Shown here: one piece after another, positions 49,501 through 62,094 of the stretch | Position numbering within the stretch: the stretch's first letter is position 1 | Layout: every line of letters begins with the position of its first letter | Assembly: GCA_020536535.1 (NCBI GenBank) | Contig: JAHLWZ010000171.1 | Span: 156,288-220,287, forward strand | From: Pelomyxa schiedti | Lineage: Eukaryota; Protista; Evosea | DNA: 64,000 bases | Direction: 5' to 3' | Program-made: the position numbers and the translations under genes | Notes under the pieces: model-generated | Databases searched by the model: none | Told to the model about the DNA's origin: nothing | The model's input: the letters and a program-made list of their open reading frames with translations, nothing else

Positions 49501-52500
49501 AACTTGGTGTGGAATCACAACAGTCACATTGGAACAAGATGATCCTCCTATTTGAACGGAAATTGAAGAATCATTCAGGCCAAAATTGGTTCCTGTAATA
49601 TTTATCCTGCTAGTCCCATCAGTAGTAGTACAATCAGTGTTTGCAGATGTGGCATTATAAACCAAAGGTTCTTTATACGCTTAGTGGATCTACACATTTA
49701 ATTGATAACATACTGTCATAGTTGAACAAGAGAACAGTAATAGATTGCATATGTGTATCATTGGAATACGGTACAAGAATGGTAACAGGAACATTTGCAC
49801 CAGAGCCAGCAGGGACATCACATATTATCTGAAAATGTTCCACAAAAAGGCTTGCCCCACTACATGATTCCTCACCAACAAGGACCCCAATAGGAGTTGC
49901 AGAGGGACCAAAATTGGTGCCAAAGAAAGTTGCTAGTCCTCCTGCTGTAGATGCACTTGCAGAATAATAGACTGTGGGGGCTGGAAACAAAATTAGAAAG
50001 CAAATATTTTCAAAAATTAGAACATACGTTCATATGAAAAGATGTCAGCAGAAGCATAGCTGGCATTCGAGCTTATATCCTCTACTTCAAGCCAGACCTC
50101 CATGGCAAGATTACCACCAGCCCCAAAGGGAGGAAAGCATATAATCTCTGTGTGACTAATAACTTGGGGATCTGTGCATAAGAAACCGCCAATCTTCACA
50201 GTAACAGTGGTTTGTTTGCTTGGTCCAAAATTATTCCCTTGGATGGATGTCAAGGAATGCTTATATGTAGCTACAGGTGTGGCACTTATCAATTGTGGCT
50301 CTGTAGTATACAATGTCAGTGCGTAGTTTATTGTTGGGTAATACCATTGTAAGAAAACGCTTTAGTATCTGGACTTGACAGAGCACGGCAGCCAGGGCAC
50401 ACCAGTGGAGGAGAGACTTTAATGGTCAAAGAAATTCCAACTCCAGCTCCTTCAGGTGGATAACACGCAACCAGGTTGTGGTCTTCAAGGAGCCGCGGAG
50501 TACTGCATTCACTTTGACCAATGGTAATGCTAATCAGTGAAGCATCATTACCAAAATTGTAACCAGATATTACTGTCTCATTCAATCCTGTCGTGCTTGC
50601 TTTACTCGCTGATGTCACGGCAGGAGCTGAAGAAATCTTACAAATCAAAAAATGGGGTAAATAGGTACCTTGATAAGAAAAGTTTGCTGGCTGTGACTCT
50701 TGAAGACCGTTTTCGATGACACTAACAATAGTGGCAATACTGGCACCTGTTCCAGCAGGCATCTTGCACCTGATCTCAGTATGAGGCACAGTGACTGATG
50801 CATTTCCACAGATTCCCGTTTTGGAGGATACATTGATAAGAGTTCCAATAGGGCCAAAGTTGAAACCAGTAATAGTGACATCGCAGCCTGTAGTATTGCA
50901 ACTACTTATGCTAGAAATTATTGGGGCTAGGAAAGGATCTTAGGGCAAGTGGAAACTAAAAAGAAATACCCTTGTATGAGAAGAACATCTCTGAAGTAGA
51001 GAGATTTTCTACTATAACTGTGATATTGAGATTATTTCCAGCTCCTGGTGGGGCAATGCACTGGATCATTGTATGTTCTTGCAAAACAGTAGCATTCGTG
51101 CACTCGTCATCCATGTTTATTATTACCTTCACAACACTACCATAGAAGCCAAATCCAGATCCGGTAATGTTAATATACTCTCCACCAGATGTTGAAGCCT
51201 TTGTGCACTCTGTTATCTTAATAGCTGTGGTAAACTAAGAAGCAAAAAAAAAAAAACTTGTAGTGCAGTTTACCATTGAAACTAAAGACATTAAAACTTC
51301 CTATTGTGCAATAGGTTGAGTTGGGTGCACAGATAGATACATTCACTGTTTTGTTGGATCCAGTGCCCAGAGGTGTTGGGAGAGTACACATTATTGCTGT
51401 ATGTGGAGATGTGACATGAGCATTGGAGCAGGGTTTTCCATCGATATTTGCAGTTACATATGTCCCAATAGGTCCAAAATTACGCCCAAAAATCGTGGCG
51501 TTTTCTTGATAGTTGTACCCTGAGGTGATTACAGGTGCTGGGGAAAAAAGTTAATTATGGAATCATATGAAGTCAAGGAACTACATCTGTAGGAGAAATA
51601 GAAAGCTTCAGAAATTTGAGAATGTGAACCTCCCCCAGGAGCTTGGATGATGAGTTCTCGGTGAGTGCCAGCTCCTTCTGGGGCAAAGCATAGTATCTTA
51701 GAGTTGGCAACAGTAACACGTGGGTTTTGGCAAGTTTTGCCATCCACAGTAACAACCAGAGTGGTATCAGTAGGCCCAAAATTATTACCAGTTATGGTGA
51801 TATTGGCACCACATGTCATAGGTTTAGTTACCTGTGAAACAATGGGTCCTGAGTTGAGTAAGAGAAAGACAGGTAGGACATAAGGCAACTGTTATATGTG
51901 AAGACGGAAGATGTCACAGCCTGTGACTTAGATCCACTTGCTGGTACCAACACAGTGAGGAGATTGTTTTTGCCAACCCCAGGAGGTGGGAAGCATTGAA
52001 TTTGCACATGATCGATGGTCACATTTGCATTATAACAAGAGGTGTTCCCCACAAAAACAGCTACAGGAGTGCCCAAAGGACCAAAATTTTTACCCCAGAT
52101 TGTTGCCATTGTTAAACCAGTTGTATCCGATCCATTACCAGCAATAACAGAGGGTGCTGTGCAAGTTGTTGGGATGATTATTCGAACATAGGAAGAACAT
52201 GCCTTCGTAAGAAAAAATTGGGGCAGTCACATTAACAGTTGAGGAAACCAGAACGGGGAGTCCTTTTCCAACCCCCACAGCAGGGTAGCATGTCAAAGAA
52301 GTTTGGTTGGCATTTGAAGATACATTTTCGCATTGTTTTCCATTTATCCAGACAGTTGGAGAAAGACCAAGCCGCAGTCCTGCAATGATTGTTGGAGTGT
52401 GTCCGTCTGTTGGAACGGAAGAGGCACTGTATAGCACAGGCCCTGTCAATGTGGAGGTTAAACGAAGCATTCTTACGAAAAATACCATCAAATTTAAGGC

Positions 52501-54985
52501 AACTAGAACAGTATGCAGTCCCAGGTGAGCCACTTCCAAATGGAAAGAGGGAAAGGGAGACCGCTGAAGCATTTCCTCCCAAAAGAGTACACTGAATCTG
52601 TTGGTGAGGGACAGTGATTCGTGCTTGAGAACAGGAGGCGCTGCCAATTCGTACAGAAACATTCGCAACAGAGTCAGCAGAACCAAAGTTATCGCCATTT
52701 AGTATAATATTGTAGTAACTCCCGTTGAATGATGCCGCAGCATTGGTAATTGAAGGAGCTGGACAAAAAAATTAGCAAATATTTTCCAGAATCTGATTGT
52801 ACCGGTGTAAGAGAAGACAGATTTTAGTACTGTTTGTTGTGATACTGTAACAGACACAGGCAAGCTATTTCCTACTCCTACAGGTGGGAGGCATGAAATA
52901 GTCACGTGCTGCGTTACAATGGCAAGATCTGTGCATGATTTTCCATTTATTGTAACTGCTATGCCACCTGCGGTAATCCCAAAATTGGTGCCTGAAATGA
53001 ATGTCTTTGAGGACCGATCTGTGTGGGTTGGGGAGGCACTTGAAATGGTTGGTGCTAAAAGCGAGTTAGAAAAGCAAATGGGTGATAGAATCGCCTCACG
53101 TAAGTAAGAAAAAACAGATTTAGATCCAACAAGTGATGAACAGTTCACTTCTACAGTGGTATTCTGGCCTGTACCCACTGGTGATGTGCACTGTATTTGT
53201 GTATGTGCAGATGCAATCACGCAACTGCTGCATACAGTGCCTCCTATTTTGACCTTTATCTTTGGGGACAGGTTCCCAAAATTGCTCCCAGTTATTGTAG
53301 TTGTGCCGCCGGTAGTATTAGTGGAGGTTGCACTGTTAACAACTGGTGCTTTATGGGTGTAAGTCCAACGAATAGAACATTAGGTGATCACCTCGGTAAG
53401 TAAAAGTACTTGTAGCACTCTGTCCATTAATTCGAACAACAACAGGGTTGTTTTTCCCTGTACCAGCGGTAGGAACACATGAAATTGTTGTGTGGTTGAC
53501 AGTTAGCCCATTGCATTGAACGCCTGATATGTTGACTGCCACAAAAGAAGAATTTGGTCCAAAATTGGTCCCAACAATAAATGTTCTTTCTGCCCCATTA
53601 GTATTTGCAGGTGATACAGAAGTAATTGTAGGAGCTAAAACGCAGTTAACATATCAATAAGTTGGTGACAGACAAACCAGAGTAGGAGAATGAACTTTGC
53701 ACAGTTTGTGCGCCAACAGTAACTTTAAGAACCAGATTGGCACCAGTACCAACAGGAGGTTTACATGTTATTTTAGTGTGTGATGAAACATAAACCCCAG
53801 TGCACGACCGATTACTAATTTTTACTGTTGCAGCTGTGCCATTAGGTCCAAAGTTTGTCCCTTGAATAGTAACTAATGTGGAGCCATCAGTATTTGCAGT
53901 GCTTACAGAAGTAATAGTTGGTGCTGAAATCCACATAGTTAGGGCAACACAAAAGAAAAAAAAGGAGTTACCTGCATATTTAAACACCGCTGCAGAACCA
54001 CACTGTGAGCCAACACAGACTGTTGCGTTAAGGGACTGGCCCACCCCAGGAGAAACACGGCAAGTTACGCCAGTGTGTGCGGTAGAGACTGAAGCCGAAG
54101 AACATGTGGCACCACGAATATAAGCTTGTGCAACTGTGGCAAGAGGGCCAAAGTTGTATCCATAAATTGTAATGTCCCCACCAACTGTTGATGCTTGTGT
54201 TGACGACAGTACAACAGGTGCTGGTTGGGTGTTTGATAGGTTCAAAAAAAGTTAGTTTAATTCATCAGCCGAGTTTTTTTGTTATAGACTTATAATACGC
54301 GCAAAGTGAAAGGCTGCATACGATTATAGGAGAATATTTGATCATGGGCAGTGCCCAGTACGGTAGTAATTTGAATGAGGAGATTTTTGCCGACTCCTGG
54401 CCATGGTTGGATCTTCACTTTGGTGTCATCGTCGAACTTGGTCATAGGCGTCAGAACGCCCTCAATAAGAATGGTCATCACGTTCGTCATGCACGTGCCC
54501 ATGATGGTCGAGATTCCAGTCCCCGAAGTATTTACAGGAGTACACGACGTGATTGTGGGAGGGTTGGCGCCTAAAAAAAAAAGGTGGTCAATTGGGCCTT
54601 AGTTTAATAGTCCGGGGTGTGTGCCAGTGTTTGTTTGTCATTGTCAAACAAACACTGGCACGTTAAAGGGTTTTTTTTAACCGTGCATGCCAATGCTTAT
54701 AAAAAAAAAAAAAAAAGGAAAAACGAAGGTCTTTGGTCGTGTTGCTTAATTTACTCTTTTATGGCGTTTAGTCTTCTCACCTGGGCATGAGCATCGAGAC
54801 AGGGGAGCCAACGAGAGACACACAAGCAACGTTGCTATCGTGGAAACGCAACAACACCCCGCTACGTCGGGCAACCAACTTGGACGCCTGTGCCACGGCA
54901 TGGCGTCGTGAGGCAGTCTTTTGTTTTGAGCTGTTGTTGGAATAACCCTTGTTGCCCTCCACCGCGTTTTTCTCGTATTTGACAT
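43564..54985 (-). CDS. Giant receptor kinase (~3000 aa): signal peptide, ~28 IPT/TIG repeats, TM, Ig/MSP-like juxtamembrane module, TKL kinase of Entamoeba-TMK type
   Basis: Repeats AP.I.S....T.G..T.I.G.NFG..C..H..I.C..P.G.G..FSY. TM VGCTFGGVGLLCIAGAFIALAICF. STKLDPEEV, VAVK, IHRDLKPDNVL, DFG and GTPAYMSPE are intact. Confidence 0.92.
54621..54661. repeat. Perfect 17-bp inverted repeat with a 7-nt loop in intron 1 of the receptor kinase
   Basis: gtgccagtgtttgtttg-tcattgt-caaacaaacactggcac. Confidence 0.9.
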
Positions 54986-55220
54986 TTTCGAAGGCTGGGA
55001 GTTACTGGGTTTGAAAGAAGATCAACCTAATTGTTTTCGTGGGTATGGATGTTGAATTCGCTCTGCGACTTCCGTTGATGTTTGATGGCTTTGGTCACGA
55101 TCTCACCTCGAATCGGATTCCCTTGAACCAGTCTTTTCTGCGGCTCCGACTGATTCATACTTACGCACTGTTGATTCGACAGAGCCAGTCCCTTAGGAGA
55201 TTGGCCAGACGAACGCGTAA

Positions 55221-56450
55221 ATGCTCCCCCCCTCTCGTTCGTGCACTCTGCCCTCGCCCTCCCTGGAGAGTTGCATCCCGGCACTAGTGAGTGTCTTTGG
55301 ATTCCTACGGGACCCGCGAGACCTCTGCCGCTGCTCGCGCGTCAGCCGCCCCTGGCGCGACGCGGCGTGGTGCGACGCCCTGTGGAGTCGCCTCCTTCTC
55401 GGGCCCGACGGCGGCGGCCCCGTTGCCTGCCGCTGCCGCCGCGCCCGCCCGCAGCCACCAACCAGCCGACGACGACGACGGGAGTGCCCGCAGGAGGTGC
55501 AGCACCACCAACCTCGGGACCAAAGTGGCGCCTCTTCTTGTTGTTGTTGCTGCTGTCGTTGCTGCTGCTGCTGCACGGCTGATATGTGGGGCGTGCCGCA
55601 CTGGAGGGCACTGTTCGTTGTCAGGTCAGGTCGCTTTGAGGCGCGTGGTGGTGTGGATGTGATGTCGACGCGTCGAATGCGAATGTGCCTGTGCCTCCCT
55701 CTGACTTGACACTTCACGTTCAGGTGGTTGGACGCAAATTCACCCCCTCAAGGGGACGATGTGCACCACAGCGGTGATAAGAAGAAGTCGTGGAAAATGG
55801 CTCTGCCTGGGAGGAGGTTTTGTGATATACATATATTTTTCTGTCTCTGTATATATGCGTATATATACGGTTATTTTCTTCTTTTCATCTCTCAGTCTTA
55901 CCTGCAATCAAAGCCGTTTCGTTGTTTCCAACTTATGTTTAGGTGCATGCTGTGCACTTATCCTATAAAGCCGCACACCTGGGTCACGTACAATTTGGTG
56001 ACACTGCACCCAGCTTCTACCAACACAACGCTGAATCGCCAGTCTTTCCAGTGGCGATCTCACAGCAGCCCGTTCTTGGAAGACAAGCTGAATTTGCCGA
56101 TGCATTTGGCTTGCTGTATGCAACAACCTAGCTTAATGTCTCCCTGCTTTTGCGGAATTCTAGGCACTCCTAACTGTTGATACAGATTTTAGATTGAAAA
56201 ACCTCTCTGTAAAGGAGGTCCAAATAGGAGGATTTCTGAATTCACTTCCTTTAGAGCATAAGTACGCAGCCCTATGGTGGCTGACTTGTGGGATGCCCGG
56301 TCAGGATGTGCCTCTGGTAAACAACTACTATTACCTTCAAATGGAGCTGATTATTCCCTAGTGTATTGGATTGTCACAACTGTGGAGGTTCTGAAAAAAA
56401 TGTTTGTAATAGTTATGGCTTTGGCTAAAATGAAAAGGAAATACCTTTTC
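55221..56450 (+). CDS. F-box protein with a low-complexity insert; 3' end uncertain
   Basis: LVSVFGFLRDPRDLCRCSRVSRPWRDAAWCDALW F-box motif, then W..WRALF. Confidence 0.7.
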
Positions 56451-56671
56451 CTGACTACTTGGCAACGATACGAAAGATTGTCAGATGAATCTTGCCTTTT
56501 TGGCACATTGCATCACTTCCCGGATTCGATTCGTCGCCTTCGGGTCCAGATCCCGTCAAACAAAAAAAAATACAAATAAAACAAAAACAACGGGGGCAGG
56601 CACGCACGTGTTGCGAGCGGATCTTCTGATCTATGTTTCGACACTCGGGAACTGCAAACGGGTCGTCTAAT

Positions 56672-57965
56672 ATGAACGAGCTGTACAACAAAGTGACGGT
56701 CGAGTGTGACGACGAGGCAGCGGCGAAGCAGCTGCGGCCACGCACTCAGTCGATGCTGCGAATACTAGTGCCGTGGAATGTGATGGACAAAAACGAGTTG
56801 GTGCTTCAGGGCTGGATGGTGAAGGAAGGTGCTGTGCATAAAACGTGGAAACGAAGGTAATAACTTTGATATATATCGTACCGTAATGTACAGGTGGGCT
56901 TAGGCTTTATTTACTTCTCGCTTTTGTCTTCTGCTTATTGTATTCCCACACTTATAACGACTAGGTGGTTTCGAAACTCCTTCTTGGATTTGTTCCACTT
57001 GAAGTATTTTTCGGATTCCTCGTGCACAGAGAAATCGTTTAAGGTGTGTTCACTGTGTAGCAGATGAGTGTTGGGTTAACTTGCTGTTAGGGTGTGATAG
57101 ACCTAACTACAGTGACATCCTGGCATGCGTCTACAGGAAAATTGCCTGGTGATAAGCTGATGACGGGAATCATTTTCCGTACCGAAGACCGTGTATGGAG
57201 ACTTGTGGCTGAAGGGGCCACTGCTTCAGACTACTGGACAAGGGGGTATTCCACATACTCTTGCCTCTTTCACCGTGCTACTACTTTCTCAGGTTAAAGC
57301 ACCTTATGGCTAAGCTGGCTGAAACAACTGCTAGTGATCTTGCAGATGCGGTACCATTCAACAACCCCCAATCATCATCTCCCAAAGTGGATACTACTGC
57401 CTTGGAATCCCATACCCAAACAGTTCAGCCTGCCACTGACAACAGTCTTCACCCAGAAGTTCGACATGAGACAGGCAATTCAACAACAACTTCTGACAAC
57501 ACAACAGCCGCTGAAGCAGTCAACTCAGCTCACCACACAGCTCATCACTCACACCACAAACACAAACATGACCACTCTAAGCACAACAATGCCAAGAGGC
57601 ACCACAAGAAGTCTCAAAACAGTGCCGAGCATTCACATCTACCAGCAGAGCAGGTGATTCAAGATCCAAACGCTGCAATTACCACACCTGCTCCCGCTCC
57701 TCCAACGACCTTGTCCACTACTTCTGAATCAGCAGGTGCCTCCTCTGGCACCACACTATCTTCTTCCTCTGATGACTCTGACTCCTCAAATGGCGCCGAT
57801 CCCCTTGCTCCTGACGATGTGGCACCGGAACCACCAGATAACTCCGAGGAAGAGGGCGACCCTGTTGAAATCAAGGAAGAATGGCTTGAGGTACCTGAGC
57901 CCCCCAGTGATGAAGACAATGTACTTGGGAAGCACAACAAGACTGGTGACTCGCAAAACTCGTGA
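56672..57965 (+). CDS. PH-domain protein with a disordered His-rich/acidic C-terminus
   Basis: LQGWMVKEGAVHKTWKRRWF, LKYF, GVIDL, RVWRLVAE..DYW. Confidence 0.85.
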
Positions 57966-58091
57966 GAAGCCACGCTTTTCTCCCTACCTAAACCAAAAAC
58001 CTAAACGCCTCACAAAACACCAAGCCTAACAAGCTTTTTGGTGCTGCTGTAACAACATAACATTATTTGGTTCCCCTTTTTGGGAAAATTC

Positions 58092-60373
58092 TTAGCTCTC
58101 CTTATGATGTTGAGGAACAAGTTCTAATAGCAACCACTTGTGGTCAGATGCCGTGTAGTCATGGTTTCCCATAAGTTTGCCTATTGGGCTGAGGTGGGAC
58201 AAGAGGACCCAGTCTAGTTTGCCCTGAAAGTAACCCCAGTAGTTGTGGAGAGTAACGTCGTTGTAGACATCAAAGTGTTCTGTGAATCCTGGGTTCCAGG
58301 CTTCACGGCACACATCGGCCGGGAATCCCCAGTACACAAGGTTCTGGTCTGCGATTATGCTTATTTGAATGAAATGGTGAAGTAATAAGTACTTGGCCCT
58401 TGGGTCACTTTCAAAACGTTTTGATCCAACCTGAGAGAATCACAAGGTCAAACAAAAAAAAAATAATAGGAAAAGTAGGGCACACACCATTGGGCCTCAG
58501 TTTTGCCAATGGACCACCACCTCATCTGTGTGGAGTTAGTGGTAAACTCAGAGCATCAACAACCTTATCACGGCAGTACTTAGGAGACAGTCTGGCAAGA
58601 GTGTGTCCCTTGAATAAAAGGTTACGGGAGAAGAGGTGGATGAGACAAACCATTGTGTTAAAGTCTCCACCGATGATTTGCATTGGGTATTCTTTAAGGC
58701 TTTGGCGGGCAAGCTTAAATAAATCAGATAGTTGTGCAATTCTTGCCATCAGACCACAAAAAACCTGCATAGTAGATATCAGTATGAGATAGCAGAAAAA
58801 AATCTCACTTCAAAGTGCACACAGTAGCAGAGAACATCTTGGATATGTTAGAATGAAGGAAAGACTGCAGCAGGAACCTCCGACGGGCGTTACAGCAACA
58901 GCACTCAGTATGTATCGTTTTCCACGCCTTGGTTCATTGTACAAGGCACCTTCTGTATCCCAATTTACAGGCTGGCATGTGTGTGGTACAACACGCACAT
59001 CTCGAAGATCGTAGCGGCTATGAGTTGGTGAACACCTGGGCCTGTACAAGAAGGAATAAACCTCAGTATTGCATTTCCATGTACGCCACCCCCTTGGGTC
59101 GCTTTTGATCTGAGTGGAGAGCGAAGTTCGTCAAACTCACAAACAAAAAGGTAGTTCATATGAAGGGCAGATGCAATCTCCTTTCCCACATCTGCTGAAT
59201 TGGATCTTTCACAATCTTGTTTTATTTGGATTTGTTATTGCATGTAGTTCCATTGGTAGTAAGCACAACCTTTGTCTACTTCCTGCCAACAAATCAAAAA
59301 AAAAAAAAAACTAACTACAAACTAACACTTGCACATGGTACCTGAAGAAAAATTATATCAGCATTGAGCATTGACAGCTGCTCTATGATCCCGGGGAGTT
59401 TGTAGCCTCTTTCAATATTCCATTGGACAACTCTGATTCCGCCTATACTTCCTATTCCACTAGGCTGTCCGTGTATTCTAAAGTCTGCAGTGGTGATACT
59501 GCCCGGTTCCTGATAGACGTTGCATGTGGCAGTAGGGCTTGAAGTCAGAGAAACCAAAGCTGGGATCGGATGTGCCACAGACTTCCTGGATTCAAACGAG
59601 CATTCCAGCTGAATCACAACACCAGGCTCAGACCCATTATCACTTGCCATATTCGGCAGCTTCAACCTGGCCAAAGTGTCCTTGTCCCCAGAATTGGAAG
59701 AAGAAGAAGAAGAAGAACAGGAAGAAGCAGAGGAATCATATTCTAACTCCAATCCAGACTCGTCCACAGCGGCGAAAACTACCGCGACCCTCACGGTTAT
59801 GAACGGGGCGTCAGGCCCAACCACGCACCCACAGCGGAACCTCATGGAAACAGCAGGGGCGCCGCGCAGCCTCTCGTGCAGAAACAGCAGCCAGTGCGAC
59901 AGCACCGCCGCCACGTCCGCGCCCGAGAGCAGCGAGCCCGGGCCAGAGCCACAGCCCGTGTCCGCCTCAGACCCCGCCAGGCCCAGCCTCCTCAGCGCCT
60001 CCCTGCAACCCTCCCCAGCCGACTCGGCGGACACAACCTTGCTCAGCACCACCGCGGGCGCCTCCTCCTCCGCCTCCGCCTCTGCCTCGGCTGCTGCTGA
60101 AGGGGACAGGCGGCAGCAGAGGTAACGGCACTCGGTGTGGGGGGGCGGCCCGTGGCATGCCAGGATCACTCCGCGCTGTGCCTCCTCTGTCGCTGTGCCG
60201 ACCCACGACCACGAGCACGACGACGACGAGGAGGGCGGGGCGCTGCCGGGGGGCGCCGCGGGGGGCCAGCACGCGGCGAGGCCCCAACCACGGCGGCTGC
60301 GCGCAACAACAAAGGGGACCGCGACGCCCACCTGCCGCGGCCGCACGAAAACGACAACCTCCGAGGATTCCAT
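58092..60373 (-). CDS. Endonuclease/exonuclease/phosphatase (EEP) family protein with an uncharacterised N-terminal domain
   Basis: RVVQWNIERG, DIIFLQE, GVHGNAIL, IIGGDFNT, GKLDWVL and SDH catalytic motifs. Confidence 0.85.
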
Positions 60374-60597
60374 CACCAGACTTTGATCAATTTCGAAGAA
60401 GTGATGGTTGGGGGTCTCAGGAGTTGAAACGAAACAACGTTGTGAGCCATACCAAAAAAAAAACAATTCGTACTCCCCAGACCCGAGGTCTTCCTGAAAG
60501 AAGAACGATCGCCACAACACTGTGCTCTCTCAGTGAACTGAAAAAGAGGGTAGACACTTGGAGCGTGGGAGGTGGGAGTTTTGAGACACACTTAAAA

Positions 60598-62094
60598 ATG
60601 GCTGCTACTACGAAAGAAGGCGAGTGCAGCGGGGGTGCATTTGCTTGCGGGGCGGAGAGCGCCGAGTTCTGGTCGCTGAGCGAAGCCGTCGCCATCACGG
60701 CGTGGCCCCCGGCCCTCGCGTCCCTGTCCTTCCGCACCTCCGTAGTCCCGCTGTCTCGCGCCGACTGCGATGCGGTCCTCTCCGCCTCCTCCTCCTCCTC
60801 TTCGTCGACCTCCACGGTGCCCAGTGCCCGCGGTCGTGGTCGCGGAAGCGTACGTGCACGTGGGCGTGGTGGTCGCGCCTCTGCTCCCTCTTCTCTGGCT
60901 TCTGCTTCTGAGCCTACTTTGGCTTCGAAAGGAAGGGGACACCCAACCCCACAGAGCGCCTCGACGACCAACGCGTATGCGTCCTCGTTTGCCAGTAATC
61001 ACTCAATTATGGGCTGGCCAGGAGAGAGGCGTGCCTTGCGATGGAAGCAAGGCTGGATGAGTCCATCCGTGGGTTTGGAGAGACTGGTGCTTTTGTGAAA
61101 TTGGACTCCCGGTCCCCAAAAGGTATTTGTTATTTTTTTATATTTGTAGAGCTGTGTAAAGTGTAATTATTTTCTCTCGTTTAACAGATTCTGTACTTCT
61201 GTCTGTTCCTTCTGAAGGAAGAGAGCGTATCTTTCAGTGCTTGGATTCCATGAACTTCTCCACAACTGACACTGAGTCACAGCGAGAAAATAAAGATGTT
61301 TGTAATATTCTTGATATTCACTCCCCTCTCAGCACAACTCACCTTGGTGTAAGTTTATTGCTTTCTTGAAAGCCGCATCGAGCCTTATGATGGTGAACAC
61401 TGGGCGCCAAGCCATGCTGAGATTATTTGGAGAGTCTTCCAGAGTTGAAGCTGACCTAAAGAAGTAGAAGATGCATAGACGTTGTCAAGGAGATTCATAT
61501 TTACTTTTAAGAGCCTTGGAATTCAGCTCAAATTCTGCGTATCCGGTTTCAGTTATTGTACGGGAATTTGTCAAGATTGAACCACACCAAGAATTCCGTG
61601 TATTCATTTCGAACAGAAAGCTCACTGCTGTAAGTCAGGTTTGTTCTTTGCTTAAGTTGAAGTAGTTAGATAACATTCAACAGTACTTTCACTTTTGTCT
61701 GTTTGAGCACTTTTCTCCAGACCTTGAGGAAAGAATCAAGCAATTCTTTGAGAGTAGTCTGAAAGAAAATCTTCCCGCCGCATCATGCATTGCTGATATA
61801 GTTGGTAAGCAATCCCGCACTTTTTTCCTTGAGTATACATTTTCAAACAATGTGACCCTGTTCTAAAACAAAAATCCAGTCACAGAAACTTCAGTAATGC
61901 TGATTGAGCTCAATCCATTCCACAGAACCACCGACTCGTGCCTGTTTGACTGGGCAAACGATGCAGACTTCAACCTGCTCACCAATGGGCCCTTCCAGCT
62001 TCGCATCAGAACCACACCCCACCTTCACAAACTAAGTGCTCCCACACCCTGGCAGAAGCTTATAAATTTGTGGCACGAGGCTCATGAGATTTAA
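60598..62094 (+). CDS. CDC123-like (R2K clade) ATP-grasp protein
   Basis: FVKLDSRSPKD, VIVREF, EFRVFI..KLTAVSQY, CIADIV, LIELNPF..TDSCLFDW. Confidence 0.82.
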
